This document shows, piece after piece, positions 18,606 to 27,564 of a stretch of DNA of 58,937 nucleotides (its first letter is position 1; the number at the start of each line of letters is the position of its first letter). The notes under the pieces were generated by a model that saw only the letters and a list, made by a program, of their open reading frames with translations, made no database searches and was not told where the DNA came from. Source of the DNA: Actinomycetes bacterium (GTDB lineage: Bacteria > Actinomycetota > Thermoleophilia > Miltoncostaeales > Miltoncostaeaceae); the NCBI GenBank assembly GCA_024639225.1, contig JAHEIS010000001.1, positions 1-58,937 on the forward strand, given 5' to 3'. A program made the translations under genes and the position numbers.

Positions 18606-19351
18606 CCGGCCACCGCCTCGAGGACCTCTTCGGAGATGTCGAAGTTCGCGTAGACGTCCTGGACGTCATCCACGTCCTCGAGCTCGTCGATCAGTCTCAG
18701 GATCTGTCGCGCCTCGGGCTCGTCGGGGGCGATGGTCTCCTTCGGGACCATGGTCAGCTCGGCCGACGCCGGGGCGATCCCGGCCTCGTCCAGCGCGGCG
18801 CGCAGGCCGGAGAAGTCGCCCGGGTCGCAGGTGACCTGCCACATCGAACCGTCCTCTTCGAAATCGTCGGCGCCGGCGCCGAGGGCGACCTCCATCACCT
18901 CGTCCTCATCCCGACCTTCGCGCTCGACCAGGAGCACGCCCTTGCGGTCGAACTGCCAGGCGACACTTCCCGGTTCGCCGAGCGAACCGCCGTTCTTGCT
19001 GAACACGTGACGGATGTCGGATGCCGTCCGATTCCGGTTGTCGGTGAGGGCGGTCACGTAGACCGCGACGCCCCCCGGCGCGTACCCCTCGTAGCCCATC
19101 GCCTCGTAGTCGGCTTCGCCGTCTCCACCGGTCGCGCGCTGGATGGCGCGCTCGATGTTGTCCTTCGGCATCGAGTTGTCGCGGGCCTTTTGGACCGCGG
19201 CGGTCAGAGCGGCGTTCGCCTCGATATCCGGACCACCCTCCTTCGCGGCAACGATGATCGCCCGTGAGAGCTTGGAGAAGAGCTGGCCGCGCTTGGCGTC
19301 GGCCGCGCCCTTCTTCCGCTTGATGGTCGACCATTTACTGTGACCGGACAT
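18602..19351 (-). CDS. yebC: YebC/PmpR family DNA-binding transcriptional regulator
   Basis: [32 protein letters not shown]... is the canonical YebC N-terminus. Confidence 0.9.
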   Translation of the reverse strand: MSGHSKWSTIKRKKGAADAKRGQLFSKLSRAIIVAAKEGGPDIEANAALTAAVQKARDNSMPKDNIERAIQRATGGDGEADYEAMGYEGYAPGGVAVYVTALTDNRNRTASDIRHVFSKNGGSLGEPGSVAWQFDRKGVLLVEREGRDEDEVMEVALGAGADDFEEDGSMWQVTCDPGDFSGLRAALDEAGIAPASAELTMVPKETIAPDEPEARQILRLIDELEDVDDVQDVYANFDISEEVLEAVAG

Positions 19352-19985
19352 ACGTTCTCCCTTCCGCGTCGGCCTCGCGGGACCTCCCCGCCGACCGTAG
19401 ACCGTCGATGAAGACGCGGTGAATTCGCAGGTCTGCTGTCAGTTCCGGATGGAATGCCGTGGCGAGGATCGCGCCCTGCCGTGCCGCCACGATACGCCCC
19501 CCGAGCTCGCCGAGCACCTCGACGCCCGGCCCGGCTGCTTCGACCCACGGCGCGCGGATGAAGATCCCGGGAAAGGGGTCCGGACCGATCGAGGGCATGC
19601 TGACGGGAGCCTCAAACGATGCGCGTTGGCGTCCGTATGCGTTGCGCCGCACCCGTACGCCGAGCCCGCCGATGAGTGGTGGTGCCCCACCGTGGACCTC
19701 ATCGGCCAGCATGATGAGCCCGGCACACGTTCCGAACACCGGCAACCCTGCATCGATAGCCGACCGCACCGCTGCCAGCAGGCCCGACTCGCCACCGACC
19801 AGGCCGAGCGTCGTGCTCTCGCCCCCCGGGATCACCAGTCCGTCGACGTCGCCGAGCGCGTCGGCGCGTCGAACCTCGAGCACCCCGGCGCCCGCCCGCG
19901 ACAGAGCCTGAGCGTGCTCGGCGAAGGCACCCTGAACCGCGAGAACCCCGACCCGCGGCCGTCGCGGTGCCCGCCGCGGACTCAC
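19335..19985 (-). CDS. pdxT: pyridoxal 5'-phosphate synthase glutaminase subunit PdxT
   Basis: [18 protein letters not shown]...[11 protein letters not shown]...FHPE, the class I glutamine amidotransferase triad context. GTGA overlap with the pdxS stop. Confidence 0.9.
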   Translation of the reverse strand: MSPRRAPRRPRVGVLAVQGAFAEHAQALSRAGAGVLEVRRADALGDVDGLVIPGGESTTLGLVGGESGLLAAVRSAIDAGLPVFGTCAGLIMLADEVHGGAPPLIGGLGVRVRRNAYGRQRASFEAPVSMPSIGPDPFPGIFIRAPWVEAAGPGVEVLGELGGRIVAARQGAILATAFHPELTADLRIHRVFIDGLRSAGRSREADAEGRTYVRSQ

Positions 19986-20887
19986 CAGCCCCGGGTCTGC
20001 AGCAGCTGCTCGTCAGCCAGGGCTCCGATCTCGAGCCCCGGCATGGCGTCGCCGAGGCCGCGCGACACCCGCGCCACGACATCGGGGTCTGCGTGGTGGG
20101 TGACGGCCTCGACCACGGCGCGCGCCGTTGCGGACGGGTTCTCACTCTTGAAGATCCCGCTGCCCACGAACACCCCGTCAGCGCCCAGCTGCATCATCAG
20201 CGCGGCGTCTGCCGGCGTGGCGACGCCTCCGGCCGAGAAGTTGACGACGGGCAGAGCGCCGGTGCGCGCGACCTCCTGGAGGAGCGAGAGCGGCGCCTGG
20301 AGGTCTTTCGCGGCCGAGAAGAGCTCGGTCTCATCGAGCGCACCCAAGCGGCGGATGCCGCCGACGAGCGACCGCATGTGTCTCACCGCCTCGACGACGT
20401 TGCCGGTCCCCGCCTCGCCTTTGGTCCGGATCATCGCCGCGCCCTCGCCGATGCGCCGCAGTGCCTCGCCGAGATCGGTTGCACCGCACACGAACGGGAC
20501 GGTGAACTCGGACTTGGCGATGTGGTTCGCTTCGTCCGCCGGCGTCAGGACCTCGCTCTCATCGATGAAGTCGATGTCGAGCGACTGGAGGACGCGCGCC
20601 TCGACGAAGTGACCGATACGGCACTTGGCCATCACCGGGATGGTGACAGCCTCCTGGATGCCCGCGATCATCTCGGGGCCGCTCATGCGGGCCACGCCGC
20701 CGGCGGAACGGATGTCCGCGGGGATGCGCTCGAGAGCCATCACCGCGCACGCGCCGGCCTCCTGGGCCAGGACGGCCTGCTCAGGGGTCGTGACATCCAT
20801 GATGACGCCGCCCTTGAGCATTTTGGCAAGACCCGACTTCACGCCGAACGTGCCGGTCGTCCCGTTGGCTGGCTGCTGTGACTCCAC
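19982..20887 (-). CDS. pdxS: pyridoxal 5'-phosphate synthase lyase subunit PdxS
   Basis: [42 protein letters not shown]... is the highly conserved PdxS sequence. Confidence 0.95.
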   Translation of the reverse strand: MESQQPANGTTGTFGVKSGLAKMLKGGVIMDVTTPEQAVLAQEAGACAVMALERIPADIRSAGGVARMSGPEMIAGIQEAVTIPVMAKCRIGHFVEARVLQSLDIDFIDESEVLTPADEANHIAKSEFTVPFVCGATDLGEALRRIGEGAAMIRTKGEAGTGNVVEAVRHMRSLVGGIRRLGALDETELFSAAKDLQAPLSLLQEVARTGALPVVNFSAGGVATPADAALMMQLGADGVFVGSGIFKSENPSATARAVVEAVTHHADPDVVARVSRGLGDAMPGLEIGALADEQLLQTRGW

Positions 20888-20961
20888 CGCGTCCCTCTCT
20901 CAGGTTTCCGGGGGAATCATAGCCGACCGGGGTCTCCAGCCGACCCTCTCAGACGCGAGTG

Positions 20962-21759
20962 TCAGGCGCCGACCGCGGCGAGTTGCGCCGGGGCCTGACG
21001 GCGGGTCAGGCCGGTCGCCAGCGCCTGCGCGACGGCGACCATGGGAACCAGGCTGGGCGCGTCACCTCTGATCTCCGCGGGGACGATCCGGGCCAGCGGG
21101 ATACGGGCAAGCGTGGAGAGGGTGGAGTCGATCAGGGCGGCGACCGGCAGGCCGGCCGCCAGCGCCGCCGCCGAGGCGGTCTCCGCCACGCGGTTCTCGC
21201 GGCCCACGCCGACGGCGATCATCCCCGCGCGTGCGGGCAGCGAGTCGAGCCAGGCCCGTTCAGGGCCGTCGAGCGAACCCAGCACGGCGACCGCTCGGCC
21301 GTTGCGCGTCAGACGCTCCTCGAGGAGCGCGATGACCGGGCGGGCGTGCCCCTCGCCGGCGAGGATGAGCGGCGAGCGGTCGCGGAGCGCCGCGACGACC
21401 GGCCCGAGGCCGCGGCTCTGGAGGCGCGTCCGCGCGTCGTCGAGGCCCCCCCGCTCGTCGGCGATCGCACGGCCGATCTCGTCGCCACGGGCCGGCGCGC
21501 CGGACGTGACGGCCGAGGGCCGCTGGGACTGGCGAACCGTCGTCTGGAGATGTGGGTATCCGCTGTAGCCCAGCGACTGGGCGAAGCGGACGACGGTGGC
21601 CGGGCTGCAGTGCGCGGCGCGGGCGATCTCGTGAGCCGACAGGAGCGGCAGTTCCGCGATGTGATCCGCCAGGTAGCGGGCGAGCGCCTGCTGGGCGGGG
21701 CTGAAGCGGTCGAAATCGCGCCGGAGGCGCTCGAGAAGTGCGTGTGCGTCAGGTGGCAT
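20962..21759 (-). CDS. MurR/RpiR family transcriptional regulator
   Basis: N-terminal HTH_6 pattern (FSPAQQALARYLADH...SAHEIARAAHCSPATVVRFAQSLGYSGY) followed by a SIS-like domain. Confidence 0.8.
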   Translation of the reverse strand: MPPDAHALLERLRRDFDRFSPAQQALARYLADHIAELPLLSAHEIARAAHCSPATVVRFAQSLGYSGYPHLQTTVRQSQRPSAVTSGAPARGDEIGRAIADERGGLDDARTRLQSRGLGPVVAALRDRSPLILAGEGHARPVIALLEERLTRNGRAVAVLGSLDGPERAWLDSLPARAGMIAVGVGRENRVAETASAAALAAGLPVAALIDSTLSTLARIPLARIVPAEIRGDAPSLVPMVAVAQALATGLTRRQAPAQLAAVGA

Positions 21760-21813
21760 CGGGGCTTACTTTCGCCACCGGCGGCGCGTCCCCTACCCCA
21801 GCGCGCACTTTCG

Positions 21814-24147
21814 TCAGAGGCGGCCGAGTCGCTCGACCGCGGGCCCCAGCGCTTGGAGATCGCTGAGCACCGGGGCGAACAGGTCGCCGTGCTCGGTGAC
21901 GCGCGCGGCGACGGCGGCCATCGTTCCGTCCCGGGGGTCGAGGCCCGGCGCGACCTCGTCCCACGGCAGGGGCATGGCGACCGGGGCTCCGCGTCGCGGC
22001 CGCACCGAGTACACCGACGAGATGCTGCGCCCCCGGCCGTTCTGATTGGCATCCAGATACACCCGTGAGCCGCGGGCGGCCTTGCGCACCTCGGTGGTCA
22101 CGAGCCCCGGGTGGCGACGCGCCAGGATCTCGCCCACGGCGTGAGCGAACAGGCGCGTGGTCGCGTAGTCCGGGCCGGGCGCCAGGGGAACGAAGATGTG
22201 CATCCCCGAGCCGCCCGTCGTTTTGGGATAGCCCCGGAGACCGACCGCGTCGAGAACCTCTCCGACCGCGAGCGCCGCTTCGACGACCCGATCGAACGCC
22301 AGCCCCTCCATCGGATCGAGATCGAAGAGCACGTGGGTCGGCAGATCGGGGCTGTCCGCGCGGCTCTGCCACGGGTTCAGATCGATGGCCCCGAGGTTGA
22401 TCACCCACAGCAGCCCCAGGGGGTCATCGATCATCGCGTAGCGGTTGGGCTCCGACCCCTCCTTGTCGCTGCGGGCGAGCTCGGCCGTGCCCAGCCAGTC
22501 CGGTGCGTTGTCAGGGACATTGTGCTGGAAGAAGGGGGCCGCGTCGGCGCCGTCGGGATAGCGCTTGAGGATCAACGGGCGGCCCTCGAGGTGGGGAATC
22601 AGCACGGGCGCAACCCGGGCGTAGTGAGCGAGCAGATCGCCCTTGGTCAGCGCCTCCCGCGCCCAGAAGGTCTTTCGCAGATTCGTGAGGGTGATCTCGC
22701 GCCCGCCGTCCCGCAGGACCTGCTCCTCCCCCGATGCCCCGAACACCCGGTTCGGTCGCGGCCGCCGCGGCTCCTGGTCGGCCCCGGCCAACCCCCGCCA
22801 GACCGGACCGCGGAGGCGCCCGTCCCGGGTCAGCTCGGCGTAGAGGACGTCGCAGCGGACCTCAGGACGGACCCACTGCACGTCACCCGTAACGTCGCCG
22901 GACACCGGGGGGGAATCGACGGCGAGCGGTTCGAGGCGCTCTCGCAGCACCCGCTCGGCGTCCGCGTCGATGCCGGAGCCGACCTGGCCACGCAGGACCA
23001 GCTCCTCGCCGTCCCGCTCGGCGACGACGAGCGAGGTCACGGCCGATCGCCGGGCTCCCGCCCCCCGGATCCAGCCCACAATCACGAATTCTCCCTCGCG
23101 GCGCGCCTTGATCTTGACCCAGTCCGACGTCCGCTCCCCCGGCCGGTAGGGCGATGCGATCCTCTTGGCGACGATCCCCTCACACTCCTGACCGCGGGCG
23201 GCGGCAAAGAGCGCGGTCCCCGCACGCATGACCTCGTCGGAGAGGATCAGGGCGCTCGCGGCCTCAGGCGCGAGGATTGCGCGCAGGCGGGCCCGCCGCT
23301 CATGGAGCGGTCGATCGGTGAGCCAGCGCCCGTCTTCGTACAGCAGGTCGAAGGCCATCAGGACGGGGTCACCCGACCCACGCTGGAGCGCTTCGAAATC
23401 AGCCCGCCCCTCCGCGTCGAGCACGACGAGCTCGGCGTCGATGACAGCCTCCTGGACGAGGACGGTCCGCCGCAGGTCTTTCGACTCGCCGAACGCCGGA
23501 CCGAGGTCATTACCGTTGCGAGATCGCAGGAGCGCCCCATCCCCGTCGATGAGGACCAGAGCACGGTATCCGTCCCACTTCAGCTCGAACGACCACTCGT
23601 CGTCGTCGAATGGCTTCGGGGCGGACGAGGCCAGCATCGGCCGCAGGGTCGCGAAGGCCGATCGCAGGTCCGGAGGACCGCCCGCGCCCGCCCGCGCCCG
23701 GAAGACGAGCCAGTCGTCGCCACCGGGCTCCCGCGCGGTGCGGACCAGGTGGTAATGCCCGTCGACGCGCTCGCCGTGGAGGATGACCTTCCACTCATCA
23801 TCGGTGCGGAGCTCGGTCTCATAGGCTCCCGTGTCCCAGATGGTCATGCGGCCGGCTCCGTACTGGCCCTCGGGTATGACGCCCGCGAACTCCAGGTAGT
23901 CGAGCGGGTGATTCTCGGTCCGGACCGCCATCCGCCGGACGCCCTCGCGGAGAGGAACGCCCTTCGGGACCGCCCAGCTCGCGAGAACCCCGTCGACCTC
24001 GAGTCGCAGGTCGAAGTGCAGGGAACGGGCGTCGTGGCGCTGGATGACGAAGCGGCTGCCCGCCGCCTCGCTGCCCGGGCCCGGCGCCGGCTCGGGCGTT
24101 TCCGCAAGATCCCGCTTGCGGCGGTACTCAGCGAGATCGGGCGCCAA
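21814..24147 (-). CDS. ligD: ATP-dependent DNA ligase LigD (phosphoesterase-ligase-polymerase)
   Basis: N-terminal 3'-phosphoesterase (FVIQRHDARSLHFDLRLE). Ligase motif I (FELKWDGYRAL). C-terminal primase-polymerase module (LTNLRKTFW...GDLLAHY...GGSGMHIFVPL). TTG start after GGAGGG. Confidence 0.85.
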   Translation of the reverse strand: MAPDLAEYRRKRDLAETPEPAPGPGSEAAGSRFVIQRHDARSLHFDLRLEVDGVLASWAVPKGVPLREGVRRMAVRTENHPLDYLEFAGVIPEGQYGAGRMTIWDTGAYETELRTDDEWKVILHGERVDGHYHLVRTAREPGGDDWLVFRARAGAGGPPDLRSAFATLRPMLASSAPKPFDDDEWSFELKWDGYRALVLIDGDGALLRSRNGNDLGPAFGESKDLRRTVLVQEAVIDAELVVLDAEGRADFEALQRGSGDPVLMAFDLLYEDGRWLTDRPLHERRARLRAILAPEAASALILSDEVMRAGTALFAAARGQECEGIVAKRIASPYRPGERTSDWVKIKARREGEFVIVGWIRGAGARRSAVTSLVVAERDGEELVLRGQVGSGIDADAERVLRERLEPLAVDSPPVSGDVTGDVQWVRPEVRCDVLYAELTRDGRLRGPVWRGLAGADQEPRRPRPNRVFGASGEEQVLRDGGREITLTNLRKTFWAREALTKGDLLAHYARVAPVLIPHLEGRPLILKRYPDGADAAPFFQHNVPDNAPDWLGTAELARSDKEGSEPNRYAMIDDPLGLLWVINLGAIDLNPWQSRADSPDLPTHVLFDLDPMEGLAFDRVVEAALAVGEVLDAVGLRGYPKTTGGSGMHIFVPLAPGPDYATTRLFAHAVGEILARRHPGLVTTEVRKAARGSRVYLDANQNGRGRSISSVYSVRPRRGAPVAMPLPWDEVAPGLDPRDGTMAAVAARVTEHGDLFAPVLSDLQALGPAVERLGRL

Positions 24148-25165
24148 GGGCCCTCCGGATGCCGGCCTGCCAGTCGGCGGTGTCCCGAGAGGACTGGAGG
24201 TGGTGCGGCGGGGTGGCCCACAGGCGGTCGCACCGATCGCACGCGGACACGTAGGCGCGGACCGTACCGTGCACCTCCGCGGCGGTCCCGGCCGCCGCGA
24301 AGCGAGCGGTCATTTCGGGCCCGACCGCGTCCGCCAGGGCCGCACCGTCCCCCGCGAGAAACGCCCGCCGTATCGGACCGAGACGGTCCCCGAAACCGGC
24401 TCGGGCGAAAAGGTCCGCATAGGTCCGCACGGTCGCGTAGAAGCCGACGGTGCAGGCGGCCGCCCGGCGGGCACGCTCGGGATCGTCGTCATCGACGGCA
24501 CAGATCAGCGCTCCGGACACCGTCGGCGGGGGCCGCCCCTCCTGCCGGGCGCCCGCGTCGATGGCCGGCAGCAGCGTGTCGTTGAGCCATTCGGCGGTTG
24601 TCACGGGGTGGTCGAGAAACCCGTCCGCACGACGGCCGGCCAGACGGGCCATGCCGGGCATCACCGCGGCGAGCCAGATGGGGATCGCACTCCGGGGGTA
24701 TGCGGTCCGCCGGCGATACCCGACGACCGAGATGTCGTAGTGCTCCCCGGGAGACGCCGCGTCGCGCCCCTCGGCCATCGCCGAGATCAGCTCGCTGGTG
24801 GCCGCAATCAGCTCACGCATGCGCGCGATCGGCGGGTCGTACTCAGCGCCATGCCAGGACCGGTTGAGGCGGCGGACGCCGGCCCCCAGCCCGAGGCAGA
24901 TCCGCCCCCCGGAGATCTCATCGAGGTCGAGGGCCTCGAGCGCGAGCACGAAGGGGCTCCGGGTGAACGCCAGGGCGATCCCCGTTCCCAGCTCGATGCG
25001 GGACGTTGCTCCGGCGGCGACGGCCAGGGGAATCGTCGCCGAGCGCTGGAGCTCGGCCGCCCAGAGACGACCGAAGCCCGCCTCCTCAGCGGCGGCGGCT
25101 TCATCCGCGATCCCTTCAGCGCCCTCGCCACTGAGAATCACGTCCACCGGAATGTCAAGACCCAT
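24128..25165 (-). CDS. LLM-class (luciferase-like) F420-dependent oxidoreductase
   Basis: AEEAGFGRLWAAELQRSATIPLAVAAGATSRIELGTGIALAFTRSPFVLA...GLGAG is the luciferase-like monooxygenase pattern. It overlaps the ligD start by 20 nt. Confidence 0.8.
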   Translation of the reverse strand: MGLDIPVDVILSGEGAEGIADEAAAAEEAGFGRLWAAELQRSATIPLAVAAGATSRIELGTGIALAFTRSPFVLALEALDLDEISGGRICLGLGAGVRRLNRSWHGAEYDPPIARMRELIAATSELISAMAEGRDAASPGEHYDISVVGYRRRTAYPRSAIPIWLAAVMPGMARLAGRRADGFLDHPVTTAEWLNDTLLPAIDAGARQEGRPPPTVSGALICAVDDDDPERARRAAACTVGFYATVRTYADLFARAGFGDRLGPIRRAFLAGDGAALADAVGPEMTARFAAAGTAAEVHGTVRAYVSACDRCDRLWATPPHHLQSSRDTADWQAGIRRALGARSR

Positions 25166-25196
25166 CGAGCTCGAGCCTAGTCCATGCCGCGCGCGC

Positions 25197-26426
25197 TCAG
25201 GTCCGCCGGATCAACGCCTCGACGTTGGCCACGTAGCGGCGCGTGTCGCGGTACAGGCCGCGCTCGGAGATCGACCGGAGGCCCTGGTAGTAACCGGCGA
25301 TCGCGTGGCGACGGCTCGTGCGGCGTGTGAGCCACGCGAGATAGGCCACGCCCCCCTCGACGTTGTCGGCGAGGCTCCGCGGGTTGAGCGGACGCCCCAC
25401 CACATCCTGGGCGAGCCACTTCGCCGTACCCGGCATGAGCTGCATGACGCCCACCGCGCCGGTCGAGGAGACGACGCTCTGCTGGTAGCCGCTCTCCTGC
25501 CAGGAGATCGCCCGGGCGAGCCGGGGGTCGACCCCGTAGCGACGCGACGTGGCGTTTATGAGACGCACGACGTCCGACCTCCCGGCCGCCTGCGCGACCC
25601 GCGGATGAGCGGTCACCGACAGAGAGGGAAGCCCGCCGTCGGCACGGCCGAGCGGCCCCGGCGTCCCCCGGGGCACGCGGATGACCTGGCCGACGCGGAT
25701 CAGCGACGGGTTGTCGATCCCGTTGCGCCGCGCGAGGGCGGCGCTCGACGTCCCGCGACGGGCGGCGATCACCCCCAGGCTCTCACCGGCACGAATCCGA
25801 TAGCGGACCCACGCCCGCCGGGCGGGCGTCGCCCGGGTGGCGGCCTTCCGCGGCACGCGGATGATCCGCCCCGCCTGGATCGCAGAGGGGTTGCCGATGC
25901 CGTTCACTCGCGCGATGCGTGCGCTCGTCGTGCCCCGGTTGACGGCGATCTGGCCAAGGCTCTCCCCGGGCCGGACGCGGTACCGGGTCCATCCGGTCGG
26001 AATGCGACGCCCGGTCACCGCCGGCGACGCTCCGGCGGGCGCCGCGCGCTCCGCCCGTTTCACCGGGACCAGGATCGTCTGCCCGGCGTGCACCAGTGAG
26101 GGATCCTTGATGCGGTTGCGGCGCGTGAGAGCGGCCGTCGAGGTTCCATGACGACGTGCGATGGCGCCCAGGCTCTCTCCGGGGCGGACGCGGTACCGGG
26201 TCCAGGGCCGAGGGATCTTCAGCACCTGGCCGATGCGGATGTGGGCGCGGTTACGGATGTCGTTGTGGCGCGCAAGCGCAGATGCACTGACGCCGTGACG
26301 GCCGGCAATTTCGGCGAGGGTGTCGCCGGAGCGGACGGTGACGGTCGGGGCGCCATCGGCCGCGACCGGGACGGCGAGCGCGAGGAGCCCGACGGCAGGG
26401 ATGGCGAGGAGCATGCGGAGACCCAC
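25197..26426 (-). CDS. secreted lytic transglycosylase with four LysM domains
   Basis: Signal peptide. Four repeats of the form Y-R-V-R-P-G-E-S-L-G-x-I-A...G-Q-x-I-x-V-P (LysM). C-terminal SLT/GH23 domain (ISWQESGYQQSVVSSTGAVGVMQLMPGTAKW). Confidence 0.85.
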   Translation of the reverse strand: MGLRMLLAIPAVGLLALAVPVAADGAPTVTVRSGDTLAEIAGRHGVSASALARHNDIRNRAHIRIGQVLKIPRPWTRYRVRPGESLGAIARRHGTSTAALTRRNRIKDPSLVHAGQTILVPVKRAERAAPAGASPAVTGRRIPTGWTRYRVRPGESLGQIAVNRGTTSARIARVNGIGNPSAIQAGRIIRVPRKAATRATPARRAWVRYRIRAGESLGVIAARRGTSSAALARRNGIDNPSLIRVGQVIRVPRGTPGPLGRADGGLPSLSVTAHPRVAQAAGRSDVVRLINATSRRYGVDPRLARAISWQESGYQQSVVSSTGAVGVMQLMPGTAKWLAQDVVGRPLNPRSLADNVEGGVAYLAWLTRRTSRRHAIAGYYQGLRSISERGLYRDTRRYVANVEALIRRT

Positions 26427-26466
26427 GGACGATGACTTCGCCCCCGGAGCCCGATTTCCTCGCCGC

Positions 26467-27435
26467 TCAATCCGGCGGCGGCGCCTCCGGGCTCGCGGCA
26501 GCCTGCCGGTCCCGTCGGGCTTCGGCGAGCGCGGAACGGATGCGAAAGCCCTTGGTGAGCACGCCGAACGCGACGAGCCCGGCGACCAGCTGTCCGACGA
26601 TGATCGTGACCTCCATCCCGATACTGAAGGCCACGACCGCCGTGGTCGTCCCCTGCCCCGCGAGCAGGACGAGCAGCAGAGCCTGTTTCGCGCCGAGTCC
26701 TCCCGGCGTCAGAGGGATGCCGCCGGCGATCGCCGCGGCGACCATCGCGAGCAGCGCGTTGTTCAGCGACGAGGTCACGCCGAAGGCCTCGAGAAAGAAG
26801 AAGGCCGAGCCCACACCTGATCCCCATGAGAGAAGGTGCCAGGGCAGGACGGTGCGCAGGTAGATCCCCGGCTGCCGCAGGCACGCCACACCGGCGCCGA
26901 CCTGCTCCCAGAAGCGCGAGAGGCGAGGGCCGAGCAGGATGAGCGCCACGCCGATGACGCCGACGGCGAGGATGAGCGTCACACCGACCGCCGTCGGGTG
27001 CGCTGCGATCCATGACACCTCGAACGCCGGCAACCCGGGCAGCGACGGCAGGGCGCCGCTCCGGCTGGCCCAGATGATCAACAAGACTGACATCGTGGTC
27101 GTGAACGGCAGCTCGGCGAGCAACGACGATGCCAGCATCGGGTATGTCGTGTTGGCGACGCGCTGGCGCACGAGAAAGAGGCGCAGCACCTCTCCCGCGC
27201 GTGCGGGCAGGACGCCGTTGAGCGCGACGCCCGAGTACATCGCAAGGGCCACGGGCTTTACGGGGACCCGCCCCCGTGGGATTGCCGCCCGCAGAATGGC
27301 GCGCCAGCCCGCGGCCTTGAACCCGATCCCACACAGGTGGAAGGTCAGCCCGATCAGCAGGGGCACGACGCTGATCGACCCCACGGCATCGCCGAAGGTC
27401 CGGGCCGCGTCCCAGAAGGCGTCAAGAGACCGCAC
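26467..27435 (-). CDS. UPF0104 / lysylphosphatidylglycerol-synthase-TM-region (flippase-like) membrane protein
   Basis: A multi-TM protein: VVPLLIGLTFHLCGIGFKAAGWRAIL...VLPARAGEVLRLFLV.... The track start at 27732 would run through the TPP riboswitch. I chose GTG 27435; GTG 27384 is also possible. Confidence 0.7.
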   Translation of the reverse strand: MRSLDAFWDAARTFGDAVGSISVVPLLIGLTFHLCGIGFKAAGWRAILRAAIPRGRVPVKPVALAMYSGVALNGVLPARAGEVLRLFLVRQRVANTTYPMLASSLLAELPFTTTMSVLLIIWASRSGALPSLPGLPAFEVSWIAAHPTAVGVTLILAVGVIGVALILLGPRLSRFWEQVGAGVACLRQPGIYLRTVLPWHLLSWGSGVGSAFFFLEAFGVTSSLNNALLAMVAAAIAGGIPLTPGGLGAKQALLLVLLAGQGTTTAVVAFSIGMEVTIIVGQLVAGLVAFGVLTKGFRIRSALAEARRDRQAAASPEAPPPD

Positions 27436-27474
27436 CGCGACAGCGTAGCCCTCGCCCCTGTTAGCCTCACGCCC

Positions 27475-27564
27475 GCCAAGGGGAGCTGCGACGCGGCTGA
27501 GAGGGGGCGTATCGGCCCCGACCCTTCGAACCTGACCTGGGCAATACCAGCGCGAGGGAGTGGC
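27475..27564 (+). promoter_or_regulatory. TPP (THI-box) riboswitch
   Basis: gccaaGGGGAGCtgcgacgcgGCTGAGAgggggcgtatcggccccgACCCttcGAACCTGAcCTGGgcAATACCAGCGcgAGGGAgtggc contains the conserved CUGAGA and ACCUGAnCUGGnnAAUACCAGCG..AGGGA blocks. GCCA/UGGC can close P1. A TAGCCT -10-like hexamer lies at 27462..27467. Confidence 0.8.

Noticed and set aside
22111-24585. An 824-aa plus-strand ORF opposite ligD and the LLM gene.
   Set aside because: The same shadow-ORF phenomenon: an R/P/G-rich translation with no domains. The opposite strand encodes unambiguous LigD and LLM sequences.
26427-26466. A possible c-di-AMP (ydaO-type) riboswitch, as often found upstream of actinobacterial LysM or cell-wall hydrolase genes.
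   Set aside because: Only 40 nt separate the LysM/SLT start from the preceding gene, which is too short for that element. No conserved blocks are visible.
27521-27535. A T-loop-like string (ccttcgaacctga) that could hint at a tRNA.
   Set aside because: It is part of the conserved core of the TPP riboswitch. No acceptor or anticodon arms can be drawn around it. No other tRNA- or rRNA-like sequence was noticed in any intergenic spacer.
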